Virus record (IMG/VR): IMGVR_UViG_3300033145_000274
Span: 61,080-125,079 of that record
Strand: one strand, 5' to 3'
Origin: a virus
DNA length: 64,000 nucleotides
Shown in pieces: positions 9,668-18,389 of this stretch. The first letter of the stretch is position 1. Each line of letters opens with the position of its first letter. The position numbers were made by a program, and so were the translations under genes. The notes under the pieces were generated by a model. It saw only the letters and a list, made by a program, of their open reading frames with translations, was not told the origin of the DNA and ran no database searches.

Positions 9668-10699
9668 ATGAACATGTCTTCAATTCACTCAATTATGTCT
9701 GGCGATGGTACTATCTGTTTGGTTGTGGATGGTAAGCACTACACTGTGTCTGTCACTCACCCATCATACCACGAGATGCGTGAACTGATACTCGCTAGAC
9801 CTCTTAACGAGCCAGCCTTGTTACAAACGTTGAACATCACCGACAAGATTGCCCACTTGCTGGAGGGTAAGGTACGTGTTGATTTGGAAGAGGGCAAGGT
9901 CTGGTACAACGATACTGAGTTTCACGACCCGGCATTCTGTGAACGCATACTACGACTTATGTCGGAAGGTCAGGATGTATCCTACTTGGTTAACTTCTTG
10001 AACAACCTTGGCCAGAACCCTGAGTTCCGTGCCATTATGGAAACCTTCAAGTTCATCTGTCAGGAAGGTATGCCCATTACTCCCGACGGCTGTTTCCTGG
10101 GCTACAAGGGCGTGCGTGATGACTTCTATGATGAGTGGAGTGGGACCATAGACAATACCCCTGACGGTCGTCGTGTAGAGTATGACCGGGCCAAGGTCTG
10201 TAACAATCCTAACAATTCTTGTGCTCAGGGATTGCACGTTGGGTCTCATCGCTATGCTAGTAACTGGTCACAGCGCGTAGTTCTCGTAAAGGTTAATCCC
10301 AAGGACGTTGTTAGTGTTCCTAACCATGATTGCGAAAAGATGCGTGTTTGTGGTTATTGGATACTGAAGGAGTTCGGTAAAGACCGTGATGTCCTCAAGG
10401 GTGAAGTTTATGACTCGACCGGACAACGTGTTGAGGGTTCTGTATTTACAGAACTGGAGGAACGCGGTCAGTTCGACCATGATGTGGCTTCACACTGGGA
10501 TGACGAAGAGGGTCGTACGTACGCCGATGGCCTGGAAGACGGGCGTGATGACGATATCGAGCCCGAACCTGAGTTCTGCGATGAATGTCGTGAACTGGTT
10601 GAAGACTGCATATGCGAGGACTTATGTCCAACGTGTGGTATGCTGGATTGTGAGTGTGATGATAACTACGACCCTTGGGGAAAAGACGACGATGACTAA
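9668..10699 (+). CDS. rIIB: rIIB-like protein with acidic Cys-rich tail
   Basis: ITPDGCFLGYKGV, CAQGLHVGS..YA, VKVNPKDVVSVP, KMRVCGY. Confidence 0.8.
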   Translation: MNMSSIHSIMSGDGTICLVVDGKHYTVSVTHPSYHEMRELILARPLNEPALLQTLNITDKIAHLLEGKVRVDLEEGKVWYNDTEFHDPAFCERILRLMSEGQDVSYLVNFLNNLGQNPEFRAIMETFKFICQEGMPITPDGCFLGYKGVRDDFYDEWSGTIDNTPDGRRVEYDRAKVCNNPNNSCAQGLHVGSHRYASNWSQRVVLVKVNPKDVVSVPNHDCEKMRVCGYWILKEFGKDRDVLKGEVYDSTGQRVEGSVFTELEERGQFDHDVASHWDDEEGRTYADGLEDGRDDDIEPEPEFCDECRELVEDCICEDLCPTCGMLDCECDDNYDPWGKDDDD

Positions 10700-10868
10700 G
10701 GATTATGTAAGTCGTAAACTTCAGGTTGGTGATGACGTAGTCTTTATACAATCGAGCTACAGACACTTTCAACGTGGTGTTATTACGAAGATAGGTCTTG
10801 TGATGCTTACCATTAAAACCGTGGGGGGTACCACCACACGATTTCCAGAACGAGTTATAAAGGTGTAA
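10692..10868 (+). CDS. small hypothetical protein (KOW/SH3-like)
   Basis: LQVGDDVVF pattern; overlaps rIIB stop. Confidence 0.5.
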   Translation: MTKDYVSRKLQVGDDVVFIQSSYRHFQRGVITKIGLVMLTIKTVGGTTTRFPERVIKV

Positions 10869-10935
10869 TTTGGAATGAATCGGCCACACAAGTGCTGCAT
10901 GAATTCAAATTGAAGCTTCAGATAGAGGTATAGTC

Positions 10936-11457
10936 ATGCCTAGAGGACAAAAGACCTGCGCTAGCTGCGGAAAAATCGTCGGCCCCAGAACATGGCAATG
11001 TCCAGCGTGTGGCCTAGGTTTCACGTTGAGGGGCATTAAAAAGCCTGACATAGATGTGACAGCCAAGCCTGCCAGGTCCAAAGCCGCACCGTCAGACCGT
11101 CTGTGGAGCTTGGTAGAGCTTTACGATGGAGATGATGAGCTTGACGTGCGCAAACGATACGCTATGGAGGGCCAAACCTGGCAATCCAAGTGCGGGCGAT
11201 ATCGCATACGTGAGCAATTTACCTTTATGCGCGTGCGCCTAACTGACCACTTCTCCAAGTGTGTGTATCTCTTTAGGCTTGATAATGCCCGGTGGAATAT
11301 CGTGAGACCGAAGGGTAGGTTTAGGACTCCGCTGGCGGCTATCAGAAGGATGATGAAAGATAGCAGTGGGCTAAAAGTCAAAGCAACTACGCGCTTAGAA
11401 AAGCTACAGGTTAGAGTTGCAGCGTTACAGAAACAGAAATCAACCCTGACAATATAG
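10936..11457 (+). CDS. hypothetical protein with N-terminal zinc ribbon
   Basis: KTCASCG..CPACG; RBS gaggt upstream. Confidence 0.65.
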   Translation: MPRGQKTCASCGKIVGPRTWQCPACGLGFTLRGIKKPDIDVTAKPARSKAAPSDRLWSLVELYDGDDELDVRKRYAMEGQTWQSKCGRYRIREQFTFMRVRLTDHFSKCVYLFRLDNARWNIVRPKGRFRTPLAAIRRMMKDSSGLKVKATTRLEKLQVRVAALQKQKSTLTI

Positions 11458-11565
11458 GAACTCACCATGCTATCAGCCGATGCACGAACCATTTTCTATC
11501 TTCGTGGTCGCGTTACACTACTCATGGCTCAACTACGCGCCGCCAAAGAACAGGTCATAACATAA

Positions 11566-11934
11566 ATGAAGATAAAGCCCCTGCGGATTGAGATTGATTG
11601 TGTATATACCTGTCCGTCTTGCAAAGCTGATACGTGGTATACAATTCGTGAGTTGAAGTACCGCAAACACCTTACATGTGTGTGTGGAAAGCAAACGCTA
11701 TTGGAACCAGTGCGGTGTGTTGAAGTAAGATATGCAGGAAAGGCAATTGAACAGTTGGATAAGTCTGGCCAACGAGTATCGCCAGCATTTCCACTGGAGG
11801 ACTTTGTGGTCACTTTGACTACACTTGGGTACACCAAATCCAATGCGCGACAGTTGGTGCTGCAACATCAACACGAATATCGGGACAATGACAGTGAATT
11901 CCTCGCCTTTTTACTTCAACAAGGAGTATTATAG
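11566..11934 (+). CDS. hypothetical zinc-ribbon protein
   Basis: CPSC..CVCG; C-terminal LTTLGY helix resembling RuvA C-terminal domain. Confidence 0.55.
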   Translation: MKIKPLRIEIDCVYTCPSCKADTWYTIRELKYRKHLTCVCGKQTLLEPVRCVEVRYAGKAIEQLDKSGQRVSPAFPLEDFVVTLTTLGYTKSNARQLVLQHQHEYRDNDSEFLAFLLQQGVL

Positions 11935-12096
11935 ATGCAATGGTTGATTTTCGCATGTATCATACTGGGTTGTGTTGAGGCTTTTGCATTGGCTCATAAT
12001 GGCATCAATGCTCAGCATGATAGCAGAAAAGACGCTAGTATGGGGCATCATTATCAGCGTGATAAGATTTTTCACGATATGATGGGGTTATAGTGG

Positions 12097-12124
12097 TTGA
12101 CAATCGGCCCGTACGGTGTATAAT
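12097..12124 (+). promoter_or_regulatory. sigma70-like promoter of Ro60 gene
   Basis: TTGACA-16nt-TATAAT. Confidence 0.8.
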
Positions 12125-12186
12125 TAAGGGCTTAGGAACCTTCCTTGTCGTGATTTTTTTTGACACGAATAACCGGAGACAAACCA

Positions 12187-13830
12187 ATGAACAAGAATCT
12201 ATTTCAGAATCGTGGTATTCAGCGTGGCGTTCCTACGACAGACAGCCTGAACGCAGCCGGTGGAGCCGCCTACCGTTTGGACGACAAGAGCGCCCTAGCG
12301 CAATACGCGGTCACAGGGACGTTTCAGGACACCTTTTATGTGGGTGCTCAGGACCATTTGCATAATGTCGAGGCATTGGCAGCAGGTTGCGAAGCTGAGT
12401 TTATTGCCAAGCTCGCCGTCTACGCACGCGAACGAGGTAAAATGAAGGACATGCCAGCGTATCTCTTGGCTGTCCTAGCCGCGCGTGGCGAAACCGACCT
12501 GGTAAAGCGTATCTTTTCGCGTGTGTGTAACAATAGCAAGGTGCTATTAGGTTTTGCTCGTATCATTCGTTCGGGCGCCACTGGTCGTAGTTCGTTCGGT
12601 ACTGCTATGAAGCGACTAATCCAAGATTGGATTACAGACAAGAGTAATAAAGGTCTGTATGTATCTAGTATTGGTCATAGCAATCCGTCAATGGCGGACC
12701 TTATCAAAATGGTACATCCACGACCACGGGATAATGAGCAGTCGGCGATGTTCTCCTACCTTTTGGGTAGGGAATGTGACCACGACCTGTTGCCCGAAGA
12801 TATTCAGATATTTGAAAGGCTAAAGCGTGGCGAAGCCATGCGCGGTGGCACGTCATTCGGACCATCCGACAAGATGCCCGACATTCCATTTCGAGCGCTT
12901 ACAAATTGCGACCTCAGCGCAGCACAATGGCGCGATATTGCTCTGAACATGCCCTGGAACACCCTGCGTCAATCCCTCAACCTTTTGAGTCGTCGCGGCG
13001 TATTTGATGACCTGGGTGTTGTGCGCAACTTGGCCGTGAAACTAGCCGATGAAGAAAACGTGATGCAATACAATGCTTTTCCGTTTGAACTACTGGCAAC
13101 GTGGAAGGCCACAAAGGACCAGGTACCGGTAGAGATTTCTAATGCTCTACAAGAAGCCATGGAAGTAGCTACGCGCAATGTGCCGAAGCTTCCTGGTGAA
13201 ACCCTGTTGGCAGTAGATGTTTCTGGCTCCATGTGTGGTGCTGCCATTACCGGACGTAGCGCCAAGCCATCCATCGTAACGGTTGTAGAATGTGCGTCTC
13301 TTATTGCGTGTGCCCTGCTACGCAACAACAAGTCGGCCTCGTTGATTGGATTTGACAGTGCTCGATATCCGTCTTATCGTCCCAAGGGTCGCTTGGCCGG
13401 CGAGGGTGGTATCTATGTTATGGACCACATCAATCCGTTTGATAGTGTGATGACTAACGTGTCAAAAATGAATCATAGTGGGGGTGGCACTGACTGTTCA
13501 CTACCATTTCAATACTTGTTGGCTAACACTCGTGCCGTAGACAACATCATCATATTGTCAGACTATGAGAGTTGGACTTCGACCTATCGTACCGCTGGTG
13601 GTGCCGCAAGCTGTGAACAATGGCATAGATATTCGGCCAATCACAAGAAAACCAAGTTGGCCTGTGTGGACCTACAACCACAAGATACAACGCAAGTGCC
13701 CGACCAACCAGGTCGTGTAATTAACATCGGCGGCTGGAATGACCCCATGTTTCGTGTATTGGGCGATTTCTTTAACCGTAACGACAACATTGACTTCGTG
13801 ACCGTGATTGAAGACAGTGTTGAACTTTAG
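12187..13830 (+). CDS. rsr: Ro60/Rsr TROVE-domain RNA-binding protein with C-terminal vWA domain
   Basis: NAAGGAAY, GTFQDTFY, MKDMPAYLLA, vWA MIDAS DVSGSM, GGGTDCSLP, IILSDYESW. Confidence 0.9.
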   Translation: MNKNLFQNRGIQRGVPTTDSLNAAGGAAYRLDDKSALAQYAVTGTFQDTFYVGAQDHLHNVEALAAGCEAEFIAKLAVYARERGKMKDMPAYLLAVLAARGETDLVKRIFSRVCNNSKVLLGFARIIRSGATGRSSFGTAMKRLIQDWITDKSNKGLYVSSIGHSNPSMADLIKMVHPRPRDNEQSAMFSYLLGRECDHDLLPEDIQIFERLKRGEAMRGGTSFGPSDKMPDIPFRALTNCDLSAAQWRDIALNMPWNTLRQSLNLLSRRGVFDDLGVVRNLAVKLADEENVMQYNAFPFELLATWKATKDQVPVEISNALQEAMEVATRNVPKLPGETLLAVDVSGSMCGAAITGRSAKPSIVTVVECASLIACALLRNNKSASLIGFDSARYPSYRPKGRLAGEGGIYVMDHINPFDSVMTNVSKMNHSGGGTDCSLPFQYLLANTRAVDNIIILSDYESWTSTYRTAGGAASCEQWHRYSANHKKTKLACVDLQPQDTTQVPDQPGRVINIGGWNDPMFRVLGDFFNRNDNIDFVTVIEDSVEL

Positions 13831-13880
13831 TTCTCGCTAATAAGCAAGAAAGGCATGTCTCGTTTCTTGCTTATTGAGAA
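13831..13880 (+). terminator. long hairpin after Ro60 (terminator or processing stem)
   Basis: AATAAGCAAGAAA/TTTCTTGCTTATT 13-bp perfect stem plus TTCTC/GAGAA. Confidence 0.55.
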
Positions 13881-13882
13881 CA

Positions 13883-14012
13883 AGGCAAATGCAGTAAAGC
13901 ATACATGATGAATGTGATGTTTTGGGGGTGTCGGACGCAAGTCCTAGTCCCCCGCGCTGGCTGATGACCTAAGTATGTAGCCGCAATTAGCGCTTTGCAT
14001 TATTTGTTGCCT
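13883..14012 (+). ncRNA. candidate Y RNA 1 (adjacent to Ro60)
   Basis: 5' AGGCAAATGCAGTAAAGCATACATG pairs with 3' GCTTTGCATTATTTGTTGCCT; same terminal architecture as three other loci. Confidence 0.7.
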
Positions 14013-14080
14013 AAAATAAATACCGAGGATGACTATTGTGGTCATCTACGAGACAGACAACAAGGGTCATCGGTCGGTTT

Positions 14081-14154
14081 CTACTAGGCACGCCTGGGCG
14101 TGATAGAAGAATAGCATATGCCTTTTATCAGGAGTTCGACTCTCCTCTAGTAGG
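14081..14154 (+). ncRNA. atypical tRNA-like RNA
   Basis: CTACTAG/CTAGTAG acceptor, CACGC-CTGG-GCGTG hairpin, GATAGAAG/CTTTTATC stem with 12-nt loop, AGGAG-TTCGACT-CTCCT T arm. Confidence 0.55.
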
Positions 14155-14167
14155 TTTGGAGTGATAC

Positions 14168-14845
14168 ATGATACGTCATTTTTCGTTTGCCGGAATGCAG
14201 CGCGTGGGTAACCATGCTATTATCAACTGGTGGCTTTCACATTTTGATGGTTATGTTTGTCGTAATAACATCTTGGGTTTATCTTGCAAAGACCAAAGTG
14301 CTCAATTATCCATCAAGGGTAAACCAGCAACACAGATACGATTAGACTCATGGGAAAACTATGACCCGGAACTCATTCAAATCTCTCCACGTAGCGAGCC
14401 GCTTATCATTCTTGTGCGTGACCCATATAATTGGTGGGCGTCCTGGTTTGGCTATACCATTCCCAATCCAGTAGTTCATAACATGTTCCGGCAAGATACT
14501 ATTCCAATGTATTTGGCCTACATAAAGTATATTCGTGAGCACCCCAATGCTTGTATCATTTTCAATCATTGGTTTTCCTCATCGGAATATCGTCGTGAAA
14601 TAGAATCGCACTATGAACTTGGTCCACCAGTAGACACATCCCTGAATTGTGTAACAACGGTTGGAGCAAGTACCTTTGATGCCATATATGAGTATCAAGG
14701 ACGTGCGCAGGACATGGCCGTGTTGACTCGTTACGAACAGGTTAGACACCAACCAGACTATTATGAACCACTGCGTCAATATCCTGAGTTGGCTGATATT
14801 GCCCGTGAGGTTTTTGATTTTGAGCCCCCAGCAGGATTACACTAA
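14168..14845 (+). CDS. putative sulfotransferase-like protein
   Basis: GMQRVGNHAI P-loop-like start; ILVRDPYNWWAS. Confidence 0.45.
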   Translation: MIRHFSFAGMQRVGNHAIINWWLSHFDGYVCRNNILGLSCKDQSAQLSIKGKPATQIRLDSWENYDPELIQISPRSEPLIILVRDPYNWWASWFGYTIPNPVVHNMFRQDTIPMYLAYIKYIREHPNACIIFNHWFSSSEYRREIESHYELGPPVDTSLNCVTTVGASTFDAIYEYQGRAQDMAVLTRYEQVRHQPDYYEPLRQYPELADIAREVFDFEPPAGLH

Positions 14846-15417
14846 TGGATATCGATGTATATGAAGCAATTGCTGAACGCGAGCAAGAAAATGAATATCG
14901 CTTACAAGTGCTCGAACAACTGTTGATAGCCGACATGGTGCTACCATTCAAGAGGTTGCACGAAGACGCAAGGCTACCGTTCAAATCTGGCGAGTTGGAA
15001 GCATGTTATGATATGACATGTGTAGAAGATGATAGTTTTCGGTCATTTGATTGTTATATGGGCCTAGACCACTGCGTGCGGGAGAACTTCAAACCTCTTA
15101 AACCTGGTCAGAGCCACATATTTCACACCGGTGTAGCCTGTGCCATACCACAGGGTCGCGTGTTGTTCCTTTGGGACCGCAGTGGCATGGGAGCCAAACG
15201 AAACATTCACAGACTGGCCGGTGTAATTGATTGCACATACCGTGGTGAGATAATGGTGTGTTTAACCAACCTAAGTAAGGATGTTCAGATAATTGAAGCA
15301 GGAGATAAAATTATCCAAGGTCACCTTGCACTAGTGTTACCAGGTACACCAAAGTGGGTAGTTGAATTGCCTAGCTCTTATCGTGGAGAAGCTGGCTTTG
15401 GTTCAACAGGAAAATGA
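14845..15417 (+). CDS. dut: dUTPase
   Basis: DRSGMG, GVIDCTYRGEI, RGEAGFGSTG. Confidence 0.92.
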   Translation: MDIDVYEAIAEREQENEYRLQVLEQLLIADMVLPFKRLHEDARLPFKSGELEACYDMTCVEDDSFRSFDCYMGLDHCVRENFKPLKPGQSHIFHTGVACAIPQGRVLFLWDRSGMGAKRNIHRLAGVIDCTYRGEIMVCLTNLSKDVQIIEAGDKIIQGHLALVLPGTPKWVVELPSSYRGEAGFGSTGK

Positions 15418-15427
15418 GGAGAATCTA

Positions 15428-16075
15428 ATGGCGCAACCAGGTCTACCACCACCAGCAATACATAGTCGTTTGTGGGGCATGAGAGCGTATCTAATAGGCG
15501 CAATGGACCGTGCGCCCGATGCAGGTGTCGAGTGGAGACGACGTATTACGCCCTTCCTGGCTAAGCTGGGCGTGGTTGTATTAGACCCGACCGACAAACC
15601 CATTGATATTGGTCTGGAGCGCAGCGAGGACCGTGAGTATCGTCAGAATCTCAAAGCGCTTGGGTGTTACGATGAATTGTCCAAAGAAATCAGGGCATTG
15701 CGCGTAGTTGACCTGGGCATGGTAGACATGAGTGATTTTCTTATAGTCCACATCGACACAGATATTCATGCGTGTGGTACGTATGAAGAAATCTCATGGG
15801 CAAATCGTATGAAAAACCCCATACTTGTTCATTGTGAGCAAGGAAAGGATGGCGTGTCGGACTGGTTATATGGCATGATTCCACATCAACATATGTTTTC
15901 CACATGGGTAGACATGTGTAAGTATTTATGGGAAGTACATACGGCACCGGCAGTAGAACACTACAAGCGATGGATGTTTTTCAATTATCAACAAATGGTT
16001 CCCCAAGTAACACCTGATGAATCACGTGCTTATCGGTGGGAATGGGACTCTTTAGCAAAGGAATTAGACAGATGA
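15428..16075 (+). CDS. nucleoside 2-deoxyribosyltransferase-like protein
   Basis: YLIGAMD, MVDMSDFLIV, CGTYEEISWA. Confidence 0.65.
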   Translation: MAQPGLPPPAIHSRLWGMRAYLIGAMDRAPDAGVEWRRRITPFLAKLGVVVLDPTDKPIDIGLERSEDREYRQNLKALGCYDELSKEIRALRVVDLGMVDMSDFLIVHIDTDIHACGTYEEISWANRMKNPILVHCEQGKDGVSDWLYGMIPHQHMFSTWVDMCKYLWEVHTAPAVEHYKRWMFFNYQQMVPQVTPDESRAYRWEWDSLAKELDR

Positions 16076-16263
16076 GTTTATTCGCATTTTTCTCACCTGG
16101 ACCTGCGGAAATTGCTATTATTTGTGTCATTGGCGTGATACTGTTCGGTACGCAATTGCCGAAGATAGCGCGTTCACTTGGACAATCCATTCCGGCCTTC
16201 AAAAATGGCCTAAAAGACATAAATGACGAAGTGAAAGACATACAGCAAGAACTCAAAACTTAA
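16072..16263 (+). CDS. tatA: twin-arginine translocase subunit TatA/E
   Basis: PGPAEIAIICVIGVILFG-TQLPKIARSLGQSIPAFKNGL: TM helix, FG hinge, amphipathic helix. Confidence 0.9.
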   Translation: MSLFAFFSPGPAEIAIICVIGVILFGTQLPKIARSLGQSIPAFKNGLKDINDEVKDIQQELKT

Positions 16264-16316
16264 TTGCATCGGTGTATATTAGAGTAGACTCATACACCAC
16301 TTAGGGGGAGCATATC

Positions 16317-16838
16317 GTGCGATTATTCATTTGTGTTATCTTGTTGTTGTTAAGCAGCGTCAACATTGCGTTTGGGGTAAATTATCCTGAAGGCACGGTT
16401 ATAGTATGGGAAAACGGCACGTATCTAAACGCCGTGCAACGCCAAACCGGTAGTAATAAGACACATGTTGGTATCATTTTGTATGATGGAGTACAGCCGT
16501 GGGTATATGAGGCATCGCGCCCTGACGTTCACCGCTACACATTCCAGGACTATGTCAAACGTGTTGATATACTTCATAAACAGCTACCTAAGCTACGCAT
16601 ACATTTTTTGACGCCTTTCACACCATATCATCCTACTCAGATAGTAGCGATGAAACGCTATGCACATGCTCAATTAGGGCGTCAATTTGGACTCAAGAGT
16701 TATATGCTGGGACGACCAATGGCAACACTTCATTGTTGTGAATACATTGGTAATATCCTGGCGCAGACAGGACGTTTTAGGACTATCGGACCAAGGGAAA
16801 CCCCAAAGACCATTTACGAAAAGGCCAGGAAACTATGA
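16317..16838 (+). CDS. permuted papain-like (YaeF/YiiX) amidase-like protein, secreted
   Basis: signal peptide; THVGI before LHCCEYI (His-before-Cys order). Confidence 0.65.
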   Translation: MRLFICVILLLLSSVNIAFGVNYPEGTVIVWENGTYLNAVQRQTGSNKTHVGIILYDGVQPWVYEASRPDVHRYTFQDYVKRVDILHKQLPKLRIHFLTPFTPYHPTQIVAMKRYAHAQLGRQFGLKSYMLGRPMATLHCCEYIGNILAQTGRFRTIGPRETPKTIYEKARKL

Positions 16839-17353
16839 CACCGCAACCACCAGCAAAAGTGTATGAATATCTATATCCCATGCCATCAATAGTCACAGAT
16901 ATAGTGGTGACTGTACTGTCTGATGATAAAGATGGAATCGAGCTATTGTTGATAGAACGCAAAAATGAACCATGGAAAGGTTGCTTGGCATTACCGGGTG
17001 GCTTTGTCGAGCCCAACGAACTCGTCATGGACGCCGCCAAGCGCGAATTGTTGGAAGAAACAGGTGTGGTGGCTCGGGATTTGGCATTCGTAGGATGGTA
17101 TGATGAACCCGACCGTGACCCACGAGACCGTATTATTTCCATGGCTTTTCTCATGTGTTGTGGTCATAACAAGCCAGAAGCTAAAGGCATGGATGATGTT
17201 TGTAATGCACAATGGGTGACAAAAGAACAGTTTGAAAATCTACCAGCAGAGCGCATAGCGTGTGACCATGCTACTGTTATTGGTGACGCAACGGGTTGGG
17301 GCAAATCACGTAGTGCAGTAAGACTATCTTGGGGTGGGGGTCATCAAACATGA
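16835..17353 (+). CDS. Nudix hydrolase (ADP-ribose pyrophosphatase-like)
   Basis: LPGGFVEPNE..AAKRELLEETG Nudix box; RDPRDR. Confidence 0.9.
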   Translation: MTPQPPAKVYEYLYPMPSIVTDIVVTVLSDDKDGIELLLIERKNEPWKGCLALPGGFVEPNELVMDAAKRELLEETGVVARDLAFVGWYDEPDRDPRDRIISMAFLMCCGHNKPEAKGMDDVCNAQWVTKEQFENLPAERIACDHATVIGDATGWGKSRSAVRLSWGGGHQT

Positions 17354-17736
17354 TATCACTAGAAAACGCCGCTCAACGAGTTGCCACGAACGATGACTCC
17401 GAAGTGTTCGTTGACCCACTGACACTTATGCTTATTTGCTCCATTCTTTCCACTGTTTTTAATGCCTTGCGCATGTGGTGTCAATGGAAGCAGAATCAAA
17501 AAGCCGATGGAAATACCATCAAAGAAGTATGTGCAAATCCACCCCTACGAATAAGACGTAGATTACACAGAGTTGTGCGCCAGCAAATGGGCGATGAGCA
17601 ATATAGGCGAGACGGAGATAGGGTGGTGACTAACATTCTAAAAGCTGGTGCTGATGCCTTTCCTGCTGAGCTTGAGTATTTGGCAAACCAGAATGTCTAT
17701 GTTAATCAGTGGGGTGAAACAGAACAGGAGATTTGA
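17350..17736 (+). CDS. hypothetical protein
   Basis: ORF with VDPLTLMLI hydrophobic segment. Confidence 0.55.
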   Translation: MISLENAAQRVATNDDSEVFVDPLTLMLICSILSTVFNALRMWCQWKQNQKADGNTIKEVCANPPLRIRRRLHRVVRQQMGDEQYRRDGDRVVTNILKAGADAFPAELEYLANQNVYVNQWGETEQEI

Positions 17737-17737
17737 C

Positions 17738-17932
17738 ATGGAAGCCGAAACCAGGGCTCGCAAGGGTGAGGTTATCAAAACTGTGATAGGTGGGGGTCAT
17801 TGCTGTATTGAACCACCACTGACCAAGTACCACAGGGTAGTTGATGAACGTGGACACGGTGGGTTTAACGGCAGAAAGACGGTTGTTGAGACAGATTATG
17901 ATGATTATAAACAAAATGGAGTATCACGATAA
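17738..17932 (+). CDS. hypothetical protein
   Basis: short ORF with upstream ggag. Confidence 0.45.
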   Translation: MEAETRARKGEVIKTVIGGGHCCIEPPLTKYHRVVDERGHGGFNGRKTVVETDYDDYKQNGVSR

Positions 17933-17937
17933 TTGAA

Positions 17938-18280
17938 GGGCCTGTCATGGTTTCGACAGGATATTGGAGTTTGTGATTGCGTGTCGTGGTTTACCGAATG
18001 GCCACGAAAAAAATCGGTAAAAAACCTTTAATTGGCAATAACATTGTCGAAGGCTTCGCAGTAGCCGGGTTCGCCTCTCAAAAGGCCCCCAACGCTGCCC
18101 CTCAGTTCAGCTTTGTTTAACGACAAGTTATCTGAGGCGACGGCTTAATCTTGTGCCATAACAAGAGCATATCATATTTAGAGACAGTTTTGTTTGTTGT
18201 ACAGCTTAACAACAAACTACACACGTAGACGTTGCTTAATAAGGTATCGCTGGAAATGGGTTCGACTCCCATCAGGTCCA
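17938..18280 (+). ncRNA. ssrA: tmRNA
   Basis: GGGCCTG/CAGGTCC-A acceptor with G3.U70, 5' GGTTTCGACAGG, T arm GGGTTCGACTCCC, internal tag ORF 18034-18120. Confidence 0.9.
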
Positions 18281-18315
18281 CTTATTTCATACTATTGAAA
18301 ATTCACATGTGAAAC

Positions 18316-18345
18316 TGGACAATGGGATAGTTTTCCGTGTATAAT
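18316..18345 (+). promoter_or_regulatory. sigma70-like promoter
   Basis: TGGACA-18nt-TATAAT. Confidence 0.55.
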
Positions 18346-18389
18346 AGTATGGGTAGACGTTAATTTTCAATACATTAGGGGAGAGAGAA

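Noticed and set aside
13970-13980. CTGATGA hammerhead core word
   Set aside because: No GAAA and UH cleavage triplet in the required helical arrangement was found
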